Origin: an uncultured Acidimicrobiales bacterium
GTDB taxonomy: Bacteria; Actinomycetota; Acidimicrobiia; Acidimicrobiales; DATKAS01
Assembly: GCA_963773315.1 (NCBI GenBank)
Contig: CAVZAF010000002.1
Coordinates: 902,350-966,349, forward strand
Reading direction: 5' to 3'
Length of the DNA: 64,000 bases
Shown: positions 46,956-57,155 of the stretch, piece by piece
Numbering within the stretch: the stretch's first letter is position 1
Layout of the letters: the number at the start of each line of letters is the position of its first letter
Position numbers and translations under genes: made by a program
The notes under the pieces: generated by a model
Databases searched by the model: none
What the model saw: only the letters and a program-made list of their open reading frames with translations
Told to the model about the DNA's origin: nothing

Positions 46956-47736
46956 TGCGCGACCTGCCGTGGCGTCGCACCCGCGACCCGTGGGCGGTGC
47001 TCGTCTCAGAGGTGATGCTCCAGCAGACGCAGGTGCCGCGGGTCGTGACGATCTGGCATGCGTTCATGGCGCGCTTCCCGACGGTGAGGGAGTGCGCAGA
47101 AGCGTCACAGGCCGACGTGGTGCGCGGCGTGGGCGGGGCTCGGCTACAACCGCCGTGCGGTCAACCTCCATCGCGCTGCGGTGCTCATGGGCGACGCAGT
47201 GCCGCGTGACCTCGACGCGCTCCTCGCCCTGCCCGGCATCGGCGCGTACACGGCCAGGGCCGTGCTCGCGTTCGCGTTCGAAGAAGACGTCGCGGTCGTC
47301 GACACGAACATCGCACGAGTGCTCTCGCGTCGCGCCGGCCGGCGGCTGTCACCGACCGAGCTGCAGCGCGAGGCCGACGCGCTCGTGCCGGCAGGTCGGG
47401 CGTGGGAGTGGAACCAGCGCCTGATGGATCTCGGCGCCCTCGTCTGCACCGCTCGCGATCCGTCGTGCGATCGCTGCGGGATGCGTGAGGGGTGTGCATG
47501 GGACGGCGAGCTCTGGCCGACTCGCCGGCAGTCGACGTTCGTCGGGGTCAGATCGGCAGGGCCGCGGGCGGCTCGTCGCTGCGCTCCGCGTCGGAGATGT
47601 GCCCGTGCGCGAGCTCGGTGTCGTGATGGGCTGGCCCGACGATCGGTCGCGCGCAGAGCGCGTTGCCGCACGGCTCGTCGACGAGGGGATCGTCGAGATC
47701 AGTCAGGCCGTGATGAGGCTGACGATCTCGTCGTAG
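46955..47736 (+). CDS. MutY/Nth-family HhH-GPD DNA glycosylase with an Fe-S cluster loop (two apparent frameshifts; 3' end uncertain)
   Basis: ATG 46955 overlaps the upstream TGA by 1 nt. The sequence is MRDLPWRRTRDPWAVLVSEVMLQQTQV...|AWAGLGYNRRAVNLHRAA...LLALPGIGAYTARAVLAFAF...VDTNIARV...C(x6)C(x2)C(x5)C (CTARDPSCDRCGMREGC)...|GSDRQGRGRLVAALR.... Confidence 0.75.
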
Positions 47737-48218
47737 GCGGCGTCTGCGTACGCCACCATCTCGTCGTCGGTGCGGTCTTGGATCGGGTGGGGCACGAAGA
47801 CACGCGCGACGGCAGAGAAGCCGAGGGCCTTCGACTGCGCGGCGGCCGCTTCGACGAACTCGCTCGATGCGACGAACATCGACGGCACTCCCCGGCGCTC
47901 GAGATCAGTGATGTCGTGCACACTGCACGACGTGCACGACCCTCAATCGGCCAACGCTTCGATCACGAGGTCGCACTTCGTCGCGATCTCGTGGCGCAGG
48001 TCGACCGGCGCGGGCTTCGTGAACGTGGGCTTCTTGAACCGCTCGACGCGCGCGCCCGCGGCTTCGAGCCGTTGCTGCAGCCGGTCGAGGAAGATGTTGC
48101 CGCGGGGCTTGGAGATGTCGAGCAAGCCGATCGTGCGTCCTTCGATCGACGGTGGCCGCTGCAGCAGCGCGCGCTCGGCAGGGATCTGCTCGCCAGTGGG
48201 ATCGAGGACGATGGTCAT
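47703..48218 (-). CDS. UGSC-family selenoprotein (in-frame TGA at 47943-47945 read as selenocysteine)
   Basis: ORFs 47943-48239 and 47703-47921 share one frame and are separated only by TGA plus 7 sense codons. Read-through gives ...KCDLVIEALAD-U-GSCTSCSVHDITDLERRGVPSMF.... A hairpin follows the TGA. I prefer ATG 48218 (MTIVLDPTG..., aaggg RBS) to TTG 48239. Confidence 0.75.
47913..47940 (-). promoter_or_regulatory. SECIS-like stem-loop immediately 3' of the in-frame UGA
   Basis: On the mRNA: UGA GG GUCGUGCAC [GUCGUGCAGU] GUGCACGAC. This is a perfect 9-bp stem with a 10-nt loop, starting 2 nt after the UGA. Confidence 0.65.
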
Positions 48219-48231
48219 GCGATCACCCTTT

Positions 48232-49698
48232 TCATCCAATCAGACGCGTCGTGGGCTGGCTTCCGGTCTCGCCGTTGGCCCAGCCACCGATGATGGCAGA
48301 GAACAGGCCCGCGCCGCCGCCGGCGTGCACGAGCAGCAGCCCGCCCGGCCGGAACTTCGGGAGGGTGAGGTCGCGCAGGTGCTCGGGGATGCCCTTCGGT
48401 GATGCCATCGGCGCCCCGCACGATCTCGCTCCCGGCGAGCTGCAGGTGGCTCATGATCGCGTCCTTCACCCGCTGCTTCGACCAGCCCGCGTCCTTGCGA
48501 AGACGCGGGCGTGCTCGGGGCCGAGCACCAGGATGGCGTCGAAGCCGAGCGGCAGCTTCGGGTGCTGCACGGTGCGAAGGCACGCGGCGAGCGAGCGAGC
48601 GAGCGGCTCGGGCTCGCGGGCGAGCTGGTCGACCACGCACCGCGGGCCCTCACCCGGGAACAGCGTGACGGTCGACGCGCCGGGTGCGTACCCGCGCTCG
48701 ACCGAGAGCGACTCCCAGGGCGAGCCCTCTTCGTCCTCGGCGAAGCAGAACGAGAGCTTGCCGGGGTTGCCGTGCGCAGCGCGGTCGACGCCGCCCGGGC
48801 GCCCGCCGCCGACGTTGCGGATGATGAGCTGCAGCGCTCGCCCGATCGCGAGGTTCGCTCGGTTGCCCTGGCCGAGCACGTTTCCGCCCGAGTTCATCCC
48901 GATCGCCCGGCGGATCGGCCCGTTGACGATCAGCACCGGCCCGACGGGCATCGTGGTGGCGAGCACGCCGTGGATGTTGAACTCGTCGGTGCACGCGGCC
49001 TCGAGCGCCGCCAGGATCACCGGCAGGTACTCGGGCTTCGCGCCCGCCATGCACCGCGTTGATCGCGACCTTCTCGACGGTGCACTCGACGAGGTCGGGC
49101 GGCACGACCGCGACGATGTCGTCCGGTGCGCGGGTCGTGCCCTGGAGCATCCGCAGCACGCGCGCCTCGGTCGGCGCCACGACGGGCAGGCCGTCGGTCC
49201 AGCCGCGGTCGAAGAGCGCCTCGGCTTCGTCTTCGAGCGCGGCGATCTCGACCCGGCGGCTCCGCAGGACCGAGCCTCCGAACCGGACCGCGAGCACGTC
49301 GACCATGTCGGGATCGACCGACAGCGATCCGCACCCGGGCCGCTGTTCGGGCAGATCGGGACCCAGGCCGGCGACGCCCGGTGAGCGCCTCCCACGAGGG
49401 TCGCGAGCCAGCCGACGGTGCGGTCGACCTCGGCGCCGTCCTCGACCCGGATCAGGGTCGGGACGGTCTCGATGTCGTGGTGGTACGAGACGGAGAGGTC
49501 GTCGTCGTAGCATGCGGCTCGAGGCCCTCGGGGAAGGTCGGGTCGTCCTGGGTGTAGACGGTCAGAGCGGCACCCGACTTCACGAAGCTGGCGAAGCACG
49601 GGCGCGACGACCACGCAGGTGGCGCACTCGGCCTTGACGACGGCGACGATGCCTTCGGGCAGTGGCACGCTTTGGACGTTATCCCTGGTGTGAGACAT
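48232..49698 (-). CDS. Thioredoxin-fold (CxxC) domain fused to a large conserved domain of unknown function (at least five apparent frameshifts)
   Basis: From ATG 49698: MSHTRDNVQSVPLPEGIVAVVKAECATCVVVAPVLRQL...TVYTQDDPTFPEG...DIETVPTLIRVEDGAEV. Later pieces are ...GWTDGLPVVAPTEARVLRML...EKVAINAVMAGAKPEYLPVILAALEA...NGPIRRAIGMNSGGNVLGQGNRANLAIGRALQLIIRNVGGGRPGGVD...GNPGKLSFCFAEDEE.... It ends ...GGWANGETGSQPTTRLIG* at 48232, 13 nt before the selenoprotein ATG. Confidence 0.6.
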
Positions 49699-49760
49699 AG
49701 GTCACCCGGGGAACATTGAACCTTTACCGTTCTGTACCCTTGCCGACCCAAGGGGGACCT

Positions 49761-50601
49761 GTGATCAACATCACCTTCTTCGGGGTGCGAGGGTCGACAC
49801 CGTGCTCGAGTGATCGAACTCGACGTTATGGCGGCAACACGTCGTGCGTTGCGGTTGAGTCGCCCGGGCCACGATCCGGTCATCCTCGACATGGGCACGG
49901 GCCTGCGCTACTTCGGCGAGACCCAGCCCCTCGACGGCACGTTCAACGGCACGGCGCTGGTCACCCACCTGCACTGGGACCACGTGCAGGGGCTCCCGTT
50001 CTTCGTGCCCGTCCTCAAGGGCGGCCACCTCGAGATCAACGCTCCGGCGCAGGACAACGGCCTCAGCCTGTTCGAGTCGTTCGACCTCTGCATCCGGCCA
50101 CCGTTCTTCCCGGTCGCGATGGACGCGTTCCCTGGCACCATCGAGTTCCACGAGCGCCGACGAAGAGACCGTTCATGGTCGGCAACGCCAAGGTGATGGC
50201 GCGCACGATGCCGCACGTCGGACCGACGAACGGTTACCGCATCGAGTGGGAGGGCGCCACGATCGCGTACATCTCCGATCACCAGCAGCCCTCCGACGGC
50301 GGCAGTTCGATCGCTCGATGGGGCGCTCGAGCTCTGCGACGGCGCCGACCTCGTGATCCACGACGCGCAGTACACGGTGCCCGAGTTCGCCATGAAGTCG
50401 ACGTGGGGCCACTGCACCGTCGAGTACGCGGTGATGGTCGCGAAGGAGGCCGGGGCGAAGTCGGTCGCGCTGTTCCATCACGACCCGACCCGTCACGACG
50501 AAGCGCTCGACGAGCTGTCCGCGTGCGCTCGCGAGTTCGCCGACCGTGCCGGAATCGAGCTGATCACCGCCGCGGAGGGGTTGACCGTCTCCTTTGGCTG
50601 A
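49761..50601 (+). CDS. MBL-fold metallo-hydrolase (at least four apparent frameshifts)
   Basis: GTG 49761 follows an aaggggga RBS. The sequence is VINITFFGVRGSTPC...YGGNTSCVAVE|...VILDMGTGLRYFG...THLHWDHVQGLPFF...|FMVGNAKVMARTMPHVGPTNGYRIEWEGATIAYISDHQ|...DLVIHDAQYT...WGHCTVEYAV...LFHHDP.... Confidence 0.75.
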
Positions 50602-51086
50602 AGCGCCCGACATCGATCCCGCCGTCTTCCGTCAGGTGCTCGGTCACTTCCCCACCGGAGTGACGATCGTGACCGCAGCACCCGACCACAAGCCGGTCGG
50701 GCTCGCGGTCGGGTTCGTTCACGTCGGTGTCGCTCGAGCCGCCGCTCGTCGCGTTCTGCCCCGTCGAACACGTCGTCGAGCTGGCCGCACATCGAAGCAG
50801 CCGGGCACGTTCTGCGTGAACATCCTCTCCGAGGACCAAGAAGGGCTGTGTCGCCACTTCGCAGGGCAAGAGCGACGACAAGTTCGCGGGCATCGGTTGG
50901 AAGACGAGCCCGCTCGGTTCGCCGATCCTCGACGGTGTCCTCGCCTGGATCGACTGCACGATCGACATGGTGCATCCGGGCGGTGACCACGTGATCGTCG
51001 TCGGTCGGGTGCACGACCTCGAGGTCGCGCACGGCGGCGGTCCGCTTGTGTTCTTCCGCGGCGGGTACGGGCGCTTCGAGGTCTGA
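50594..51086 (+). CDS. Flavin reductase-like (FMN-binding split barrel) protein (at least three apparent frameshifts)
   Basis: From TTG 50594: MAEAPDIDPAVFRQVLGHFPTGVTIVTAAPDHKPVGLAVG|.FTSVSLEPPLVAFCP...|GTFCVNILSEDQEGLCRHFAG|KSDDKFAGIGWKTSPLGSPILDGVLAWIDCTIDMVHPGGDHVIVVGRVHDLEV...LVFFRGGYGRFEV*. Confidence 0.75.
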
Positions 51087-51089
51087 CCG

Positions 51090-51457
51090 ATGCGCGTGGG
51101 CTGCCGGCGCGCTCGTCGGGGATCGTGCTTCTCGCCGCGGGCGTCGCCAAGCTGACCAGTCGCGGCTGGCCCGGCTCAAGCCCGATGCGCTCGGCGCACC
51201 GACGTGGACGATGCCGGTCGAGCCCGTTTGTCGAGATCGTGATCGGCGCCGCGCTCGTCGCCGGAGTCGACTATGCGGCGGTCGCCGCGATCGTCCTCTT
51301 GCTCGTCGCGTTCACCGTGCTGTTGGTCCGTGCGCTGCGCGCGGGGTCGACGGCGCCTTGCGCGTGCTTCGGCTCGTTGCGGACGCGGCCGGTGACGTGG
51401 TGGTCGGTTGCGCGCAACGTGGCGTTGATCGTGCTCGCGCTCGTCAGCCTGACCTGA
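51090..51457 (+). CDS. MauE/DoxX-like small membrane protein (frameshifted 5' half)
   Basis: ORF 51125-51457 contains ...VLLAAGVAKLTS...FVEIVIGAALVAG...LLLVAFTVLLVRALRAGSTAPCACFGS...WWSVARNVALIVLALVSL. The C-x-C-F-G motif is typical of MauE-like proteins. The N-terminal third needs frame changes. Confidence 0.6.
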
Positions 51458-53497
51458 CGCCGAGCGTCGTGAGGATGAACGCGAGCACTTCGGCTTCCTC
51501 GCGCCACGCGTCGTAGCGCCCGGACTTGCCGCCGTGCCCGGCGACCATCTCGGTCTTCAGCAGCAGCGGCCTCGACCCGGTGGTGGTCGCGCGGAGACGG
51601 GCCATCCACTTCGCCGGCTCGTGATAGCTCACACGGGGGTCGTTGAAGCCCGCGGTGGCGTAGATGGCCGGGTAGGGGACCGCGGCGACGTTCTCGTAGG
51701 GCGCGTACGACGACATGTAAGGCCTCGTACTCCTGGTCGTTCGGGTTGCCCCACTCCTCCCACTCCGCGACGGTGAGCGGCAGCGTCTCGTCGAGCATCG
51801 AGTTCACGACGTCGACGAACGGCACCTCGGCCACGACCGAGGCGAAGAGGTCGGGCCGGAGGTTCAGTCGCCGCACCGACCAGCAGCCCGCCCGCGCTGC
51901 CGCCCCGGATCGCCAGGCGGTCCGGCGCTGGTCCAGCCCTCCGCGACGAGGTGCTCGGCGCACGTCGATGAAGTCGGTGAACGTGTTGCGCTTGTGCAGC
52001 AGCTTGCCGTCCAGGTACCAGCGCCGGCCGAGCTCGCCGCCCCCGCGCACGTGGGCGACGGCGAACACCACGCCGCGGTCGAGCAGGCTGATGCGCGGCC
52101 ACGAGAACCACGGCGCGAGCGAGCGACTCGTACGAGCCGTAGCCGTAGAGCACTGCAGGGTTGCTGCCGTCGCGGGTCAAGCCCTTCTTCGCGACGAGTG
52201 AGATCGGCACCTTGGTGCCGTCGCTCGCGGTGGCCCACGTGCGGGCGGTCTCGTACTGGTCGGCGTCGAAGCCGCCGAGCACGGGCTGCTGCTTGAGCAG
52301 TGTCCGCTCGCCGGTGACGCAGGTCGACGTCGAAGATCGACGGCGGCGTGACGAGCGACTGGTAGTTGAACCGGTACGCGATGGTGTCGTACTCGAGGTT
52401 CGTGCCGCCCGACAGCGCGAACGCCGCCTCGGGCTGATCGATCACGAACTGCGTGCCGTCGTTGCGGATCACCCGCAGGGTCGGCAGCGCGTCGGCCCAT
52501 TCGTAGGCGACGAGGTGATCGGCGAACGCGTCGATCCCGAACAGCCGCGTGCCGGGCCGGTGGGGCAGAAGGTCTTGCCACGAGGCCGTGCTGGGGTTGT
52601 CGATCGGGGCTTCGACCAGTCGGAAGTCGACCGCGTCGAGGTTCGTCACGATCAGCAGCCGGTCGCCTTGGTGGTCGACGCTGTACTCGAGGCCGGGCGA
52701 GCGCGGCTCGACGACCCGAGGAGCGGCGAGCGGATCGGTCGCGTCGAGCAGCCTGCACCTCGCTCGTCGTCCGGCTCTCGGTCGCGATCACGATGAACCG
52801 ATCGCTGCGCGTGCTGTAGAGGCCGACGTCGAAGTGGGTGTCGTCCTCCTGGTAGACGAGCACGTCGTCGTTGGCGTCTGTGCCGACCTCGTGACGCCAG
52901 ATCTGGTACGACCGCCACGCGTCGTCGGGCCGTGTGTAGAAGAGGTAAGCGGTCGTCGGCCGACCAGGCGGTGCCGTATTGGGTGCCTTCGATGGTGTCG
53001 GGCAGGTCGGTGCCGGTGTCGAGGTCGCGGATGCGGATGGTGAAGACCTCGGCTCCGGTGACGTCGGTCGAGTACGCGAGCAGGCGATGGCTCGGGCTCA
53101 CGTCGAGCGCGCCGAGCTCGAAGTACTCGTGACCGGCTGCGAGCACGTTGCTGTCGATCAGCACCTGTTCGCCCTCGACGGTGTCGCGCTCGGGCCGGCG
53201 GCAGAAGATCGAGTACTGCTTGCCCTCCTCGGTTCGCGTGACATACCACCACGGTCCTCGCCGCGCCGGCACCGACATGTCGGTCTCGAGGACGCGGCCT
53301 TTGATCTCCTCGAAGAGCTGTTCCTGGAGGTCGGCCAGCGGCGCGAACCACTCCTCAGTGTGCGCGTTCTCGGCCTCGAGGTAGGCCACGGTGTCGGGGT
53401 CGTCGCGGTCGCGCAGCCACGCGTACTCGTCGACGACTTCGCGGCCGTGACGCACGCTCGTGACGGGTACCCGCTTCGCGATCGGCGGCTTGTGCAT
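51444..53497 (-). CDS. ptrB: Oligopeptidase B / prolyl oligopeptidase family S9A serine protease (many apparent frameshifts, at least seven)
   Basis: From ATG 53497: MHKPPIAKRVPVTSVRHGREVVDEYAWLRDRDDPDTVAYLEAENAHTE.... Propeller pieces lie in several frames. The catalytic domain pieces are ...NPAVLYGYGSYE..., VFAVAHVRGGGELGRRWYLDGKLLHKRNTFTDFID and ...YPAIYATAGFNDPRVSYHEPAKWMARLR.... Confidence 0.85.
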
Positions 53498-53506
53498 CAG
53501 CGGAAC

Positions 53507-54851
53507 CTAGCGGCGCGTTGCGCCCGTCACTGCCCAGCGATTGCTCGCCGTCCTGAGCCCGAGCACGACGACACGGGCCGCCATGAACAGGGTGAAGACC
53601 GCCCACAGCCATCCGATGCCGCCGTCGAGCCAGAGCACGATCGGCTCGCCCACGATCACGATGAGCGAGATCGCGGCCATGGCGCGCGCGAGGAACTTGA
53701 GGTCGCCCGAGCCCACGAGGATGCCGTCGAGGACGAACGCCGGTCCTCCGAGCGGCTGGCTGATCGCGACCCACAAGAGCAGGAAGCTGGCGAGCGAGAT
53801 GACGGCGGGGTCGTCGGTGAAGATGTACGGCAGCACGTTGTGAAGCGCGAGCACGAGCAGCGCGGCGGCGAAGCCGACTCCCGTGCCCCAGCGCAGCGTG
53901 CGGCGCGCCGCGAGGTGCGCACGGGCGGCGAGACCGCCGCCGAGCGCCTCGCCGACGAGCGTCTGCGCGGCCACCTCGAGCGAGTCGAGTGAGAGCGCGA
54001 GCAGCGTCCAGATCTGCATCGCGATCTGCTGCGCGGCGAGCTCGATCTCGCCGAGGCGCGCGGTCGCCGCGGTGAGGACGAAGAATGCGCCGCGCAGGAA
54101 CAGCGTGCGCAGGAAGAGCAGCCAGCCGTCGCTGCCCGCCGAGCGGATGGCATGCCGGTCAGGGCGCATCCCGGCGCCCTGCACGACCGCCGCGCGGACG
54201 ACGACCACGGCGTAGACGGCTGCCGCCCCGAGCTGCACGACGACCGTGGCGAGCGCAGAGGCGCCCACTCCGTAGCCCGAGCCCGTAGATGAGCACGAGC
54301 TCGAGGGTGAGGTTGATGATGTTCGACGTGACCGCGACCGTGAGCGGGATCCAGACGCGCTTGCTGCCGCGCAGGTACCCGACCGACGCGAGCGACACGA
54401 GCAGGGCCGGGACGCCGAGCAGGCTGATCCGGAAGTACTCGTGGGCGTACGCCCGCGCCGTGTCCTCCACGCCGATGAGCGACAGGAGCGGCTCGGTGAA
54501 CGCGAACCCGAGCAGGGCGAGAGGGATGCCGATCGCGACGCCCAGCCACAACGCTTGGACCGCGGCGTGGGCGGCGGCCTCTCGCTGGCCGGCTCCGAGG
54601 AGTCGTGCGACGGCCGCGGTCGTGCCCATCGCGAGGAAGATGCAGAGCGAGTAGCCGGTCACCAGGATCGTGGTTGCCGCTGCCACGCCGGCGAGCTGGG
54701 GAGTGCCGAGGTGGCCGACGACCGCGGTGTCGGCGAGGACGTAGAGCGGTTCGGCGATCAGCGTGAAGAACGCGGGGACCGCCAGGGCGAGGATCTCCCG
54801 GTCGAGACGCCGGTGGTCGACGGTCCGGCGGTCGACCTCATCATGGCGCAC
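53507..54851 (-). CDS. MATE-family efflux transporter (one apparent frameshift near 54270-54285)
   Basis: From GTG 54851: ...[42 protein letters not shown]...LVLIYGLG. The sequence shifts into [21 protein letters not shown]...[32 protein letters not shown].... Confidence 0.85.
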
Positions 54852-54866
54852 CGTAGGCTCGTCGGC

Positions 54867-56552
54867 ATGGCGAACGAGATGAAGCCCCGCAGCCATGAGG
54901 TCACCGACGGCAACGAGCGGGCGCCGGCCCGCGCCATGCTCCGAGCGGTCGGCATGCGCGACGACGACTGGGGCAAGACCCAGGTCGGCGTCGCGTCGTC
55001 GTGGAACGAGGTGACGCCGTGCAACATGCCGTTGTCGCGGCTCGCTCAGCGAGCGAAGGACGGCATCCGCAGCTCGGGCGGCTTCCCGCTCGAGTTCGTG
55101 ACGATCGCGGTGAGCGACGGCATCTCGATGGGCCACGAGGGCATGCACGCGTCACTGGTGAGCCGCGAGGTGATCGCCGACTCGGTCGAGACGGTCATGC
55201 ACGCGGAGCGGTTCGACGCGCTGGTCGCGCTCGCCGGCTGCGACAAGAGCCTGCCCGGAATGCTGATGGCCGCGGCACGGCTCAACCTGCCCTCGGTCTT
55301 CGTCTACGCCGGGTCGATCATGCCGGGGCACCACAACGGGGTGGCCCTCGACATCGTCAGCGTGTTCGAGGCCGTCGGCGCCTGCGCGGCGGGCACCATC
55401 ACGGTCGACGAGCTCGGTCAGATCGAGCGTAAGGCGTGCCCGACCGAGGGGTCGTGCGCGGGGATGTTCACCGCGAACACGATGGCCGCGATCGGGGAGG
55501 CGATCGGGATGTCGCTGCCCGGCAGCGCATCGCCGCCCGCCGTCGACCGGCGCCGCGACGACGACGCGTATGCCGCGGGCGAAGCGGTGATGAACCTCGT
55601 GCGGCTCGGCATCCGCCCCCGTCAGATCATGACCAAGGAGGCGTTCGAGAACGCGATCGCAGTCACCAACGCGCTCGGCGGATCGACGAACGCGGTGCTG
55701 CACCTCCTCGCGATGGCGAACGAGGCCAAGGTCGAGCTCACGCTCGAGGACTTCAACCGAGTGGGTGCTCGCGTCGCGCACATCGCCGACCTGAAGCCCG
55801 GCGGTCGCTTCCACATGGCCGACCTCGACGCGGTCGGCGGCGTGCCCGTCGTGATGAAGCACCTGCTCGACGCGGGGCTGCTCCACGGAGACTGCCTCAC
55901 CGTCACCGGCAAGACGATGGCCGAGAACCTCGAGGCGCTCGCGCCGCCCGCGCCTGATGGGCGCGTCGTGCATCCCCTCACCGCGCCGATCCACACCGAG
56001 GGAGGCCTCGTGATCTTGCGGGGCTCGCTCGCGCCGAACGGGTCGGTCGTGAAGGTTGCGGGCCTCACACAAGACCAGCTGCACTTCGACGGCACTGCTC
56101 GCGTGTTCGACGGTGAGGACGGCGCGATGGAGGCGATCCTCAACGGCAAGATCGAGCCCGGCACCGTGCTGGTCATCCGTTACGAAGGGCCGAAGGGCGG
56201 GCCGGGCATGCGCGAGATGCTCGCGGTCACCGGCGCGCTGAAGGGTGCGGGCCGCGGCGCGGACTGCGCCCTCGTCACCGATGGCCGCTTCTCGGGTGGC
56301 ACATGGGGCTTCTCCATCGGCCACGTCGCACCCGAGGCCGTGGACGGCGGGCCGATCGCGTTCGTCCGTGACGGTGACCGCATCGTCGTCGACGTGCACA
56401 ACAAGACGCTCGACCTCATGGTCGACGACGTCGAGCTGGCCCGCCGTCGCGAGGAGTGGAAGCTGCCCGAGCCGCGCTACACGACAGGTGTGCTGGCGAA
56501 GTTCGCACGGTTGGTCGCCGGAGCCGACAAGGGAGCGATCACCGAGGCGTGA
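54867..56552 (+). CDS. ilvD: Dihydroxy-acid dehydratase
   Basis: From ATG 54867: [30 protein letters not shown]...[12 protein letters not shown]...[13 protein letters not shown]...[11 protein letters not shown]...[16 protein letters not shown].... Confidence 0.95.
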   Translation: MANEMKPRSHEVTDGNERAPARAMLRAVGMRDDDWGKTQVGVASSWNEVTPCNMPLSRLAQRAKDGIRSSGGFPLEFVTIAVSDGISMGHEGMHASLVSREVIADSVETVMHAERFDALVALAGCDKSLPGMLMAAARLNLPSVFVYAGSIMPGHHNGVALDIVSVFEAVGACAAGTITVDELGQIERKACPTEGSCAGMFTANTMAAIGEAIGMSLPGSASPPAVDRRRDDDAYAAGEAVMNLVRLGIRPRQIMTKEAFENAIAVTNALGGSTNAVLHLLAMANEAKVELTLEDFNRVGARVAHIADLKPGGRFHMADLDAVGGVPVVMKHLLDAGLLHGDCLTVTGKTMAENLEALAPPAPDGRVVHPLTAPIHTEGGLVILRGSLAPNGSVVKVAGLTQDQLHFDGTARVFDGEDGAMEAILNGKIEPGTVLVIRYEGPKGGPGMREMLAVTGALKGAGRGADCALVTDGRFSGGTWGFSIGHVAPEAVDGGPIAFVRDGDRIVVDVHNKTLDLMVDDVELARRREEWKLPEPRYTTGVLAKFARLVAGADKGAITEA

Positions 56553-56564
56553 ACCAGTGTGGGC

Positions 56565-56999
56565 TCAGGGCCGTTTGCCGTCGCGGCGTTCGGCCTCGAC
56601 CGCCGACACCTGGCGGATCGAGCGGGAGCTGACATAGAGGCGGTGCTCGCCCAGCTGCAGCTGCAGCCAGAGGCCCTTCAACGGCCGCAGCGGCGTGTTG
56701 GCCGGAAGGCGCTCGACGAGCGCCTTGGGCTTGAACGAGATGCGGTTCCCCGAGACGAGCACGACGGCGCGATCGGTGATCAGGATCAGGTGCCGCACGT
56801 ACAGGCAGGTGAACACCAGGTAGAGCGCGATCAGTCCGAGGAACACGCTGCCGCTGAGGCCGCCGAGCGCGAGCGCCACGGCAAGACCCACGAGGGTGGC
56901 GATGCCGAGGCCGAGCCAGCGGTTCGGGCCCGCGAACGCCTTGACGACGTGATCGACCTGTTCGCCGTCCTCGAGGAAGGGCGTGTACTCGCCTGACAC
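56565..56999 (-). CDS. Hypothetical membrane protein (two TM helices plus a small soluble domain)
   Basis: 144-aa ORF containing ...NRWLGLGIATLVGLAVALALGGLSGSVFLGLIALYLVFTCLYV.... I recognise no family. Confidence 0.55.
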   Translation of the reverse strand: MSGEYTPFLEDGEQVDHVVKAFAGPNRWLGLGIATLVGLAVALALGGLSGSVFLGLIALYLVFTCLYVRHLILITDRAVVLVSGNRISFKPKALVERLPANTPLRPLKGLWLQLQLGEHRLYVSSRSIRQVSAVEAERRDGKRP

Positions 57000-57026
57000 G
57001 GGGAGGCAGTGTTACACTCGATCCCG

Positions 57027-57065
57027 ATGCAGTCCCACCTCGGCCTCATCCTCGTAGTCATGTAG
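57027..57065 (+). promoter_or_regulatory. ilvB leader peptide ORF (MQSHLGLILVVM*), rich in Leu/Ile/Val codons
   Basis: This 12-codon ORF lies 90 nt upstream of ilvB. Six of its last seven sense codons are Leu/Ile/Val. Two stem-loops follow immediately, the second of them terminator-like. Confidence 0.65.
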
Positions 57066-57096
57066 CGCACGCCTCACATATCCGCGTGCGCTCTCC

Positions 57097-57128
57097 GACC
57101 TCCCCGACGGGAGGTCGTTTCAGTTTTC
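57097..57128 (+). terminator. Attenuator (intrinsic terminator) in the ilvB leader
   Basis: An 8-bp GC-rich stem, gacctccc (57097-57104) and gggaggtc (57109-57116), has a 4-nt loop and is followed by gtttcagttttc. A preceding hairpin, gcgcacgc (57065-57072) and gcgtgcgc (57084-57091), overlaps the leader stop codon. Confidence 0.65.
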
Positions 57129-57155
57129 GGGCCGGTTTTTCGCAAGGAGAATTCG

